From Octopus sinensis (taxonomy: Eukaryota): a stretch of DNA of 64,000 nucleotides. Under the pieces are notes generated by a model. It saw nothing but the letters and a program-made list of their open reading frames with translations. It ran no database searches and had not been told where the DNA came from. The position numbers were made by a program, and so were the translations under genes. Numbering within the stretch: position 1 is the first letter of the stretch; the number at the start of each line of letters is the position of its first letter. Location of the stretch: the NCBI RefSeq assembly GCF_006345805.1, contig NC_042999.1, positions 24,924,001 to 24,988,000 on the forward strand, in the 5' to 3' direction. Of this stretch, positions 14,069 to 25,500 are shown piece by piece.

Positions 14069-14520
14069 CTAATCTATACAAAAAAGTTCAGAGATAGGAA
14101 ATATAGAAATAACAGCTAAGTGGTGGCTTTCAGTCAGGTGATATAGAGAAATAGACAGACATAGCAATGGCGTAAATGGCTCCAAGTCTAATCGACAAAG
14201 AAGTGAAGAGCAGAGTTAGCAAGCTGTTTTAATTAATGGAACGCTAGACATTCTAGAAACTTCCAAGAGAAACAATAAGCTTATTGAATAATTAAGAATC
14301 ACGCCTCATGACACAGATGAACTGAGAAACTTAGTAAAGGGAGGTTACTCTATAAACCTTCTTGCAAGAAAGATCATTCAATTATTTTAGCTACATAGAG
14401 TACTACAAAACCATGCCAAAACTGGAACATTGGAGCAAATCAGCTACTACCAAACTGTCCAATCCAAGCAAGCATGGACAGGTGTAAAATGATAATTATA
14501 TATGCATGCATTTTATCAAT

Positions 14521-14835
14521 GTGGAGGCACAATGGCTCAGTGGTTAGGGCAGCAGACTCGCGGCCGGAGGATCGTGGTTTCGATTCTCAGACAGGGCATT
14601 GTGAGTGCTTATTGAGTGTAAACACCTAAAGCTCCACGAGGCTCCGGCAGGGGGTGGTGGTGAACCCTGCTGTACTCTTTCACCACAACTTTCTCTCACT
14701 CTTTTTCCCTGTTTCTGTTGTACCTGTATTTCAAAGGGCCAGCCTTGTCACTCTCTGTGTCACCTCTGAATCTCCTCGAGAACTACGTTAAGGGTACACA
14801 TGTCTGCGGAGTGCTCAGCCACCTGCACGTTAATA
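14521..14835 (+). mobile_element. tRNA-derived SINE (tail type 2, truncated)
   Basis: Same head and body. Confidence 0.82.
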
Positions 14836-15347
14836 AATGAGCTGTGACGTCACTGGTGCCAAGCTGTATCGGCCTTTGCCTTTCCCTTGGATAACATCGG
14901 TGGCTTGAAGAGGGGAAGCTGGTATGCATGGGCGACTGCTGGTCTTCCATAAACAACCTTGCCCAGACTTGTACCTCGGAAGGTAACTTTCTAGGTGCAA
15001 TTCCATGGCTATTTACAAATACTGCAAGATCTACTATGTCAAGACTCAACATTTCTGCTAGTTCAGTATTCTAGGGTGAATCAACCCTGGAAGGTTGAAA
15101 GTTGACCTTGGTAGGATTTAGACTTAGAATGCAAGTTGCTGAAATAAATATAGCAAAACATTTTGTGTGATGCTTTAATGACTTACTCAGTCTTAAATAT
15201 CTGTGTGTGTCTGCATACATACACACACACACAACATATACACGACAAGAGGGAACATCTTTACATAGTCACTCAATTAACTCTCAGGTGTGCCTATTCA
15301 AAGTTGACCAGGATCTAAATAATATAAACAACCACCTGTAAACCTAC

Positions 15348-15504
15348 CTGTTGTGGGAACTTTCCTACTTTCCTTCAGTACATTTGCTAAGTTGGTATTG
15401 TCGGTGCGAACCAAAGCATCCAGAAATGATTCAAAACATTTGATGCCTTTCTTTTCAACCATTTTCAATAATTTCTTCACTTTGGTCTTTCTTTCATCCT
15501 CTTG
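15348..15504 (-). CDS. CARD domain exon B (QEDERKTKVKKLLKMVEKKGIKCFESFLDALVRTDNTNLANVLKESRKVPTT)
   Basis: tttag acceptor, G|gtaggt donor, phase 0 to 1; LL..V.KKG...F..FL.AL......LA..L CARD pattern. Confidence 0.87.
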
Positions 15505-15528
15505 CTAAATAGAGAAAAACACAATTAC

Positions 15529-15757
15529 TTAACCCTTTCGTTACCGTATTTATTTTGGGATGCTCTGTGTTTCTTTCAATTACTTTAAATATAACAAAGA
15601 ATTTGGTAAAATAACTTCATTATCATTAAGCTAGAGTTAGGAACATAAATTGTGACCAAGGTTTGGTGGAAGATTTTAATTCAAAACTTATGAAAACAAG
15701 ACATTTGTGCTACAGAGCCACAGCCGGTTTCAGCCGGGTTGGTAATGAAATGGTTAA
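15529..15757. mobile_element. TTAA MITE family G
   Basis: Same family. Confidence 0.8.
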
Positions 15758-16647
15758 GTAGGACGGATGAAATGGTTAGTCAGTTTACATTTATTTTGGA
15801 AGGCTTTTCATAGACTGCTGCATATTTTGATTCACAGACTAAAACAGATGAGAATATTATTTCTATTGGTTTAATCATGAAGAAAGGTAGGGACCACAGC
15901 TTTCACATACTGTCTCAGATTTCCTCTTTGATATTTATCTTTTACCAGGCACTTGTTTCAGTCACCAGTCTGAGGCTATCCTAGGGCACTGCCTTGAATT
16001 TGTTTAGTCAAATGAATTGACCCCAGGACGCTGAACTGTTAAGTTACAGAGATATAAACAAACCAACACTGGTTATCAAGCAGTGATGGGAAAAAACACA
16101 CACATATATATAAATACGATGGGCTTCTTTCAGTTTCCGCAAATCAAATCCACTCACAAAGCTTTGGTCAGCTAGTATGTTCAAAATTGTTGTTATAGTG
16201 TTAATTTTTTTAGAGTATGCTATGTCGATTTTCTTTAAACTGAAGTAATTAATCCTGAGTTCAAATCCTACAATGGTTGACAAATATTTTATCCATCCAA
16301 AATGGTTCAACGAAAGCTATTTCATATCTTCTATATTCCCAATATTAAGAAGAGATACTTTTATTCTTTACTAAAACAGACATTTATTCTTTGCTAAAAC
16401 AGACATCATTGAAGTCTCCAGAGTTATGGAAGCAACTTATGGGCCACTGACACCTACTAGAAAGACTTTTGCTAGTATTAATAAGTTATTTGATGAAACA
16501 GGTAGTGTTTTGGATGGCCAAAATCTGTTCAAACAAATGAAAATAATGCTTGAGAACTGAGTTAGACAATTCTCCACAATAATCCAAATCATTAAGACAT
16601 TTATCAGACCTTCTGAACATTTCAAAGACTTTTTTCAAGATGCTTCT

Positions 16648-17232
16648 CATCATCATCATCATCGTCCGTTCTCCATGCTAGCATAGGTTGGATGGTTTGA
16701 CCGGGGATCTGGGAAGCCAGAAGGCTGCACCAGGCTCAAGTCTTATCTGGCAATGTTTCTACAGCTGGATGCCCTTCCTAACGCCAACCACTCCGTGAGT
16801 GTAGTGGGTGCCTTTTACGTGCCACCTGCACAGGTGCCAGGCGAGGCTGGCAACGGCCACGGTTGGATTGGTGCATTTTACGTGCCACCGGCATGGAAGC
16901 CAGTCGAGGCGGCGCTGGCATTGGCCACGATTCGGATAGTGCTTTTTATGTACCACCCGTCCAGGGCTCCTGGCATCTGCCGGGTGCCAGTCATAGGATT
17001 GGTTCAATTTCGATTCCGATTTCACTTGCCCCAATAGGTCTTCGCAAGCAAAGGGGGGTTGGCATGGGTGCCTGTCGTCGGATGAGGTTCGATATCGACT
17101 TCGCTTGCCTCAACAGGTCTTTGTGTGTCCAAGGGAGGAAAGGCATGCATAAGTGGGCTGGACTCACTTGTCCTGCCTGGTCTTCTCACGTACAGCATAT
17201 TTCCAAAGGTCTCGGTCGCTTCTCCATGATAT
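16648..17232 (-). mobile_element. RTE 3' fragment inserted in a mariner relic
   Basis: (CAT)n, family body, reverse of the RDLWK.AV.EKT ORF end. Confidence 0.85.
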
Positions 17233-17473
17233 AAAACTGTATCTCTATATCTCTCATTTGATTCATGGAAAATGATCCAGATCATTGCTTGCAGTTTGCA
17301 GATGAATGGCTGGACAAGTTGAACAATGACCCAACATTGGAAGAACATGTCAGGGGTGATGAGTCAAAATTTTATGTTTCGGGGAGTATTGTTCAGCATA
17401 ACTGTGTATACTGGAGACAAGAAAATCCTCAAATCATGATTGAGTATGACCACAAGAGTCCTGGTATAATGGT

Positions 17474-17858
17474 GTGGAGGCGCAATGGCCCAGTGGTTAG
17501 GGCAGCGGACTTGCGATCATAGGATCGCGGTTTCGATTCCCAGACCGAGCGTTGTGAGTGTTTATTGAGCGAAAAAACCTAAAAGTTCCACGAGGCTCCT
17601 GCAGGGGGGGGGGTGATCCCTCCTGTACTCTTTCACCACAACTTTCCCTCACTCTTACTTCCTCTTTCTGTTGTACCTGTATTTCAAAGGGCCGGCCTTG
17701 TCACTCTCTGTGTCACGCTGAATATCCCCGAGAACTGCGTTAAGGGTACACGTGTCTGTGGAGTGCTCAGCCACTCACACGTTAATTTCACGAGCAGGCT
17801 GTTCCGTTGATTCGGATCAGCCGGAACCGACGGAGTGCTTCCAAAAAAAAAAAAAAAA
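17474..17858 (+). mobile_element. tRNA-derived SINE (tail type 2) with poly(A) and TSD
   Basis: A/B-box head; A16 tail; ggtataatggtgtgg duplicated at 17463-17477 and 17859-17873. Confidence 0.9.
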
Positions 17859-18193
17859 GGTATAATGGTGTGGGCATGTGTGAGCTACAACGGACTCATG
17901 GGGCCATTCTTTATTGAAGGTGACGTAAATGGGGTCACGTATCTGAAACTCTAACAAAACCAAGCTCTCCCTAAGTTAAAAGAACAAAGACTTTGAAGAA
18001 TTATGGTGGCAGCAGGATAGTGCTTCCCCACATTATTCACTGGTTGTCTGTGACTGGATGAATAAAATTTTCCCCGAATCTTTGGATTGGGAGGCAAGGG
18101 CCTGCGGAGTGGCTGGTTCGCTCACCTGACCCCCAGACTTTTGTTTTGCGAGGTTATCTAAAAGATTGTGTCTATCGTCAGAAGATTAACCAT

Positions 18194-18571
18194 ACTCTTT
18201 TACTTGTTTCAGTCATTTGACTGCGGCCATGCTGGAGCACCGCCTTTAGTCGAGCAAATCAACCCCGGGACTTATTCTTTGTAAGCCCAGTACTTATTCT
18301 ATCAGTCTCTTTTGCCGAACCACTAAGTGACGGGGACGTAAACACACCAGCATCGGTTGTCAAGCAATGCTAGGGGGACAAACACACACACATATATATA
18401 TATATAAATACATACGACAGGCTTCTTTCAGTTTCCGTCTACCAAATCCACTCACAAGGCATTGGTCGGCCCGGGGCTATAGCAGAAGACACTTGCCCAA
18501 GATGCCACGCGGTGAGACTGAACCCAGAACCATGTGGCTGGTTAGCAAGCTACTTACCACACAGCCACTCC
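18194..18571 (-). mobile_element. SINE family B
   Basis: Same family. Confidence 0.87.
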
Positions 18572-18670
18572 TGGTCAAAATGTTTCAGTATAGTTAGAAG
18601 CCTATGTTGTAGCAGAAGGAGGCCAGTTGACCATGAAATGGAAAACCGATTTAACTAAGCAGTGCATTCA

Positions 18671-19040
18671 TGTGGAGGCGCAATGGCCCAGTGGTTAGGG
18701 CAGAGCACTCGCGGTTTCGATTCCCAGACCGGGCGTTGTGAGTGTTTATTGAGTGAAAACACCTAAAGCTCCACGAGGCTCTGGCAGGGGATGGTGGTGA
18801 TCCCTGCTCTACTCTTTCACCACAACTTTCTCTCACTCTTACTTCCTGTTTCTGTTGTACCTGTATTTCAAAGGGCCGGCCTTGTCACTCTCTGTGTCAC
18901 GCTGAATATCCCCAAGAACTGCGTTAAGGGTACATGTGTCTGTGAAGTGCTCAGCCACTTACACATTAATTTCACGAGCAGGCTGTTCCGTTGATCGAAT
19001 CAACCGGAACCCTCGTCGTCGTAACCGACGGAGTGCTTCC
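18671..19040 (+). mobile_element. tRNA-derived SINE (tail type 2)
   Basis: Same family as 17474; gcattcat flanking duplication. Confidence 0.88.
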
Positions 19041-19185
19041 ACACGCATTCATTAACTTTGTACATTTGTGTACTTATAGGCATATCAATAAATATAACCA
19101 ACAAGTGAGTCCATCCTGTACAATTATTGCGGGACAAAAATATGTTTTAAAAAAATAACAAACATTATAAAAACAAAACTCCTAC

Positions 19186-19317
19186 CTCTAACTCTTCTTG
19201 ATCATCAGGTGTAAGGGCAGAAGTCTCCAACATGCATTCAATCACAGGCTCAGGGACTAAATTGGTTTCAAGAAGTTGTCTGTTTTCTTTTAAGACTTTA
19301 TGTAAATATTTATTCAT
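19186..19317 (-). CDS. CARD domain exon A (MNKYLHKVLKENRQLLETNLVPEPVIECMLETSALTPDDQEELE)
   Basis: aaaATGa start, acceptor at 19344-19345, GAG|gtagga donor; N-terminal CARD helix pattern (L..NR..L...L....V...M......LT..D.EE). Confidence 0.85.
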
Positions 19318-19612
19318 TTTGGCAGATGAAAATTGCAGATTATCTATATTCAAAAAAAAAAAAAAATTATCGGGGGAAAAAAAAAAACCCCTGACTAAAT
19401 AAGCAGATAAACTGTTTTCTCTTTAACTACATTCATTTATATGTTTTGTTAGTTGGTTTAGATGAGGGCTGGCCAACCTGAGGCCTGCGGGCCACATGCA
19501 GCCTGCAGACTTTTATCTCGCAGCCCGCTTTCTTGAAATGTATTTATTTAAACAAACATTTTAAAAATTTTATCAAAAATTAAAGACTGTAATGAAAAGC
19601 AAAACAGAAAGA

Positions 19613-19715
19613 CACTACTGCGTGGCATCTTGGGCAAGTGTCTTCTGCTATAGCCCTGGGCCGACCAATGCCTTGTGAGTGGATTTGGTAGACGGAAACT
19701 GAAAGAAGCCTGTCG

Positions 19716-19748
<33 letters not shown>

Positions 19749-19944
19749 ATGTGTTTGTCCCCCTAGCATTGCTTGACAACCGATGCTGGTGTGTTTATGT
19801 CTCCGTTACTTAGCGGTTCGGCAAAAGAGACCGATAGAATAAGTACTGGGCTTGCAAAAGAATAAGTCATGGGGTCGAGTTGCTCGATTAAAAGGCGGTG
19901 CTCCAGCATGGCCGCAGTCACATGACTGAAACAAGTAAAAGAGT
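19613..19944 (+). mobile_element. SINE family B (5' truncated)
   Basis: Same family. Confidence 0.85.
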
Positions 19945-20159
19945 ACTGTTTTTGCAGCGATAATATTTCGTGATGAATCAATATTCATTCATCCATTATT
20001 GTAATAATAACATGAGAAAGCAAAATCTTTTCAATTCTGCCAGCAGTGATTATTTGACTTTTAGTGCATAAAACATACAAGCGACCCCTCAAAAAAGCTT
20101 TCTGTGATTAAAGTGGTCCGCAATGTAATTCGAGTTGGTCAGGCCTGCCCTAATGTATA

Positions 20160-20357
20160 CCTATTTCTTTACTACCCACAAGGAGCTAAACACAAAGAGG
20201 ACAAACGGATTAAGTCGGTTATATCGACCCCAGTCCGAAACTGGTACTTATTTTAATCGACCCCGAAAGGATGAAAGGCAAAGTCGACCTCGGCGGAATT
20301 TGAACTCAGAACGTAATGGCAGACGAAATACCGCTAAGCATTTCGCCCGGCGTGCTC
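20160..20357 (-). mobile_element. SINE family C
   Basis: Same family. Confidence 0.82.
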
Positions 20358-20538
20358 TAGAGTATACTAACAACGTACTATTCAAAGTAACGTGTGATAT
20401 GGACCAGCCCCTGAGGCGCTAAGTACTCATAGGGTTGGGTTTTTTTTTTTTTTTCTGTGTGCATAACCGAAATATCCTATCTGATATTTCGACTCTCACC
20501 AACCACAGGTCGGAACCACAGACACTTCCCAACCTCAC

Positions 20539-20630
20539 CTGGTGTATAAAGTGGTCTGCAATGTAATTTGAGTTGGTTAGGCTTGGTTTAGACCATTATT
20601 CAGTTCTATGGAACTACTTCCTTTATTTCT
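20539..20630 (-). other. Putative non-coding 5' exon of the CARD/POLR1D locus
   Basis: ccag|gtgagg donor on minus strand; the CARD exon A acceptor needs an upstream exon; 5' boundary unknown. Confidence 0.4.
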
Positions 20631-21065
20631 TTACTTTCGCATATAATGACAACACAATTTACATGATTACATTACACCTGCGTAATATAAAAAAAAGCTA
20701 CGCTTCATTTAGTATTTTAGATAAAACAATTGAGCAAAAAGAAAATTTAGACATAACTGCAATTATTTACAAACTATATAAAAACACGTGGTCTGGCAAA
20801 GTAAAGAATACTATTCAGAAACATTGTAACTTAAAAACTCACCCAAGAACTGTATCGAGATGTATGTGCTTATATAAAAAGTTGCGTATATGAGAATATA
20901 TATTCAAGGCATTAATTACTTAATTAGGGTCCTATCTGTGATAATTATATTTGAGTTGAGCAGTGCTGGTGTAGTAGTAGACGGTGTAAACTGTAATAAG
21001 TACGCTACAAACAAAATCTCAGTAATAGAGGTGCGTACTTCTCAAAGAGGGTATTTTCTGATAAC

Positions 21066-21416
21066 TCTTTACTCTCTTTTACTTGTTTCAGTCATTTGAC
21101 TGTGGCCATGCTGGAGCACCGCTTTTAGTCGAGCACATCGACCCCCCAGGACTTATTCTTTGTAAGCCTAGTACTTATTCTATCGGTCGCTTTTGCCGAA
21201 CCGCTAGGTCATGGGGACGGACAAACACAGACAGACAAACATATACACACACATATATATATATATGACGGGCTTCTTTCAGTTTCCGTCTACTAAATCC
21301 ACTCGGCCCGAGGCTATAGTAGGAGACACTTACCCAAGGTGCCACGCAGTGGGACTGAACCCGGAACCATGTGGGTAGTAAACAAGCTACTTACCACACA
21401 GCTACTCCTACGCCTA
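21066..21416 (-). mobile_element. SINE family B
   Basis: Same family. Confidence 0.85.
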
Positions 21417-21962
21417 TGAAATTTTAGAAATTTTAAAACTAAGTGAAAATTTCCAAATTTGTTATGTTGATGTATTTTCACGCTGAATCTGTTGTTGTTA
21501 TTCACTTGTTCCAGAAAAGTTTTAGAAAAATGTGAGAGAGGTTTAAAGTTTGATAATTTTTATCCGAAAAGATGACTCAAATGCATCTCATTCATTCACA
21601 TGATGGAGATGCTGAATAAGTTATCCACCGACGTTTGCCATGGGCAAATCTTCAGAAAGTTTAGCAATTGCAAAAAGTAGACAGCGCATTCAGTATCGAT
21701 CTGAATATAAACAAGAAATTCCAAATGTATTTTAACAGTAAATTGTCACAAACTCTGCGTCAGTTTTCTCCCAACGTCTCTGTCGGAGATGGTCCATTTT
21801 GGAAAGGAGAGAATGTGGCGAGGATCTTTCGGAGGAAGTATATCAACACTGGAAAGATCGCCGATTTAACATATTAAATACCTAAAATTTGATTTAACAT
21901 ATAGTTCAGAGGACTATATTAAAGCTGAAATTTTAATAATTATCTCCTTTATCAGTCTGGAG

Positions 21963-22159
21963 CAGTGCTTTTCAACCTTTTTGCTGGAGCGGAACCCAAA
22001 GAAAACATTCCACTGGCTCGAGGAACCCCTGTGCAATAATTTAATTGTCTTATGCACACATATCTGCACAGGAGAATTAAAAATTACTGTCGATTTTACC
22101 ATTTTTGTAACTTCTTGCGGAACTCTAAGGTTCCACGGAACCCTGGTTGAAAAGCACTG
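21963..22159. mobile_element. hAT (Charlie-like) MITE, CAGTG...CACTG
   Basis: 8-bp TSD gtctggag. Confidence 0.88.
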
Positions 22160-22494
22160 GTCTGGAGAATGTTCTCATTATCAAATATGTAAGCCGAAAA
22201 ATAAAGACTGGAAAATTAATATTTTGAACAATATATTTTTAAAATATGAAATAAACACGAAAAAAAGCAAAAAAAAACGACACTCAAGTTGTCACTGGTA
22301 TTTTAGTTTTCCCATGAATAGTACCTAACAAGATTTGATTAAATTTCGTATATTACATTTATATAGCCTTGAAAAGGTTAAACATTTTTTTGAAATCCTA
22401 CACTTAATTAAGAAGGTAACTATTTTCGGGTAACACCGTTGTACATCATTTCATACAAACTTTCACGTTTTGTATTTTATGGCAAATATTTGTT

Positions 22495-22542
22495 ATGACT
22501 AAACGAAGATATTCTGCGACTGTAACAACCGAAAGTTCCAAG
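22495..22542 (+). CDS. NOL6: NOL6 coding exon 1 (MTKRRYSATVTTESSK)
   Basis: ATG, AAG|gtacgt donor, phase 0 matching exon 2; N-terminus is poorly conserved so less certain. Confidence 0.7.
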
Positions 22543-25500
22543 GTACGTATCTTTTGTATTTATCATGTTTATAAATTTAATTCTGCCATATGCTATGAAA
22601 ATATTAACATTTTTTTATCTCTCTGTTTTGATTTTTTTCTCTCCTTCCAACATTCCACGTGGTTAATTCACATCATTTGAAAATTTTGCAATTCAGTCGT
22701 CTTCATGTTAATCTTTTGGTTACAGAATATCAAGGCAGCCGATTAGTGTTTTTTAAAGGAAAACTGTTAATATTCCCTGTTTATTTTAGTTATGAAAGTA
22801 TTTTTCAAGGCGCAGGAGTGGCTGTGTGGTAAGTAGCTTGCTAACCAACCACATGGTTCCGGGTTCAGTCCCACTGCGTGGCATCTTGGGCAAGTGTCTT
22901 CTGCTATAGCCCCGGGCCGACCAATGCCTTGTGAGTGGATTTGGTAGACGGAAACTGAAAGAAGCCTGTCGTATATATATATATATGTATGTGTGTGTGT
23001 TGACAACCGATGCTGGTGTGTTTACGTCCCCGTCCCCTAGCGGTTCGGCAAAAGAGACCGAAAGAATAAGTACTGGGCTTACAAAGAATAAGTCCCTGGG
23101 TCGATTTGCTCGACTAAAGGCGGTGCTCCAGCATGGCCGCAGTCAAATGACTGAAACAAGTAAAAGAGTAAGTATTCAGGTTGCATAACAAAATATTTCC
23201 TGCTAAACAATGTTTCCGAAAAGTTTTTACTATAACATAACTTTCAACTTTTAGTAACGCAAACAATTAAAGGATGTGTCTTTAAAGTAATGTTCAGAAT
23301 TTATGTAGAAAATTGAGGTATTGTATTTTGTATTTTTCCAGAAACTCAGAGCTGTATGACGATGAAGACTTCGTTTATTCTGTTCAAATAATTTCGTTAC
23401 TCTGTTGAAAAGTTTACCTGAAGTGGTCCTCCTTGATTAACCACAAACGATATCGGATCTTTTCGGTTTGAACGGCAGTTTTTTCTAGCGGTGTCATATG
23501 AAATTGTCACCCATAATTATGACCCTAGTATCGATCTATTGCATTTCGATCTGTTTTAGGGTTAGGGGTGGGGGAAGGGTATCTTTTTTGTCTTCACAAA
23601 TGTAAATAAACCCAATCTGTTTCTTAAACGAGGGACATATTCATATGGCACAGAATGCTTTTTAACTCAATAGACGTCAGTGATTGGTTGAAATCGCAGA
23701 AATTGAAGGAAAAAACCCAACAAATATCTTACAAACCATAGAATTTTCTCAATAAAGCCAAGAGAAAAAGATGTTTTATAAACACATTCTACCAGTATAC
23801 GAAGTTTAAAAGTGTTTAGTTACGTTGAAATTATTCTAAAAAAACTACCGTTCAAACCGAAAAGATCCACGATATCTATTGCAGAAGACATTCGTGATCA
23901 TATTTCCTACATAGATTCTTAGTACGTTGGAAATGCTAAACAGGAAATAGAGCACCTGAAGAATTGTCACCTCAAACGACAGAGAATATAATTAGATTCG
24001 GATAACATAAATCTATTTATATTTTGCATCTTTTTGTGGAAGTTAAAACCTGTATTGTGTTATGAAATTAACTTGAATATAATAATTACATAGATAATAT
24101 TACAACAGGGATGAGGATAGTTGTATGAAAAAGTGCCACACCCTAGCGGTTGAGGGAACCTGTGGAAGAGGTAGACCCAGGAAAACCTGGGATGAGGTGG
24201 TGAAGCACGACCTTCGAACATTAGGTCTCACCAAGGAAATGACCAGAAACCGAGACCTTTGGAAGTACACTGTGCGTGGGAAGACCCAGCTGGACAAGTG
24301 AGACCATAACCTGTGGCCTCTACCTGGGACATAGCCTGCCCACTTATGCATACCTTTCCTTCTTGTGACACAAACCCTACTTGTGTAGACCTGAAAATCA
24401 AAATCGAAATCGATCAACGTCAATGGAAATTGTAGCTGTGATACCAGTGCCGATGGCACGTAAGAGAACCATCCGAACGTGGCCGTTGCCAGTGCCGCCC
24501 CGACTGGCCTCCGTGCTGGTGGCACGTAAAATGCACCATCCGATTGTGGCCGTTGCCAGCCTCGTCTGGCTCCGTGCCGGTGGCACGTAAAAAGCACCCT
24601 CCGATCGTGGCCGTTTGCCAGCCTCGTCTGGCACCTGTGCAGGTGGCACGTAAAAAGTACCCACTACACTCACGGAGTGGTTGGCGTTAGGAACGGCATC
24701 AAGCTGTAGAAACACTGCCAGATCAGACTGGGCCTGGCGCAGCCTTCTGGCTTCCCAGACCCCAGTTGAACCGTCCAACCCATGCTAGCATGGAAAATGG
24801 ACGTTAAACGATGATGATGATGATATCTATTTGTTATGTGTTATAATAGTGATGGTGTTCAGTAAATACAGGTCAGTTTTAATCAAGCAAACTGCTTATT
24901 AAAGTTGTTGCATCTGTGATAATCACGTCTTTTTCAATATCGAACTACATTCAACATGCCCTTATTTAAGATCTTATAGTGTGATTTGAGAGAAATTAGC
25001 CTAGCAAGGTGAGGGACCGCGTAGAAACTCTTGGTGGCTATCGTAGTAAGCTGGTGGTACTTGTGTACTTCTGAAGGTAATGATACTGGTGGTATGTACT
25101 AACCTCTCCATCATCTCACCTAATACTTTATCACAGCAAGTGTTGTCAACTCATTCATCGCTCCACGATCGTCCGCCTGCCAAATGTGCCAGTTCTTTAT
25201 GTGATTCTCGGAAAATTTTTACACATTATTGCTGTGAAATGGAATTGAATCAGCAATACTGTTTAATTTCCATTGCCCAATGAAGGGCATGGGTATCGCA
25301 TAATCCCCCCATTCCCATATAATTACATAACCAGTAAGGACTAAAATCCCATTTTAACAAATTTAAAAAGGAAAGAGAAGGGCATTGGATTATGTAGTTC
25401 TAAAAGTATTATGTCTTAATGAAATATATCAGCCACATCAAGTACATCATCATCAAAATAAATATCAAATGGAAATAGTAGGTGGCACGTAAAAAGCACC

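Larger units (their letters stand above)
16290..18190 (+). pseudogene. Tc1/mariner-superfamily transposase relic, interrupted by an RTE and a SINE
   Basis: Fragments TPTRKTFASINKLFDETGSVLD; DESKFYVSG...HNCVYW..ENP...HKSPGIMVW|ACVSYNGLMGPFFIEG.VNG..Y; WWQQDSASPH; GYLKD.VY; with stops and frameshifts. Confidence 0.8.
20630..22494. promoter_or_regulatory. Putative divergent promoter region between the CARD/POLR1D locus and NOL6
   Basis: Head-to-head gene arrangement; local CpG enrichment near 21630-21870; TSSs not determinable. Confidence 0.45.

Noticed and set aside
17474-17545. tRNA-like sequences at SINE heads
   Set aside because: They have A/B boxes but no proper acceptor stem, and they continue into SINE bodies with TSDs; not tRNA genes.
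23342-23400. Possible extra NOL6 exon after tttttccag
   Set aside because: Phase 0 hits TGA quickly, there is no good donor, and exon 1 already joins exon 2 in frame.
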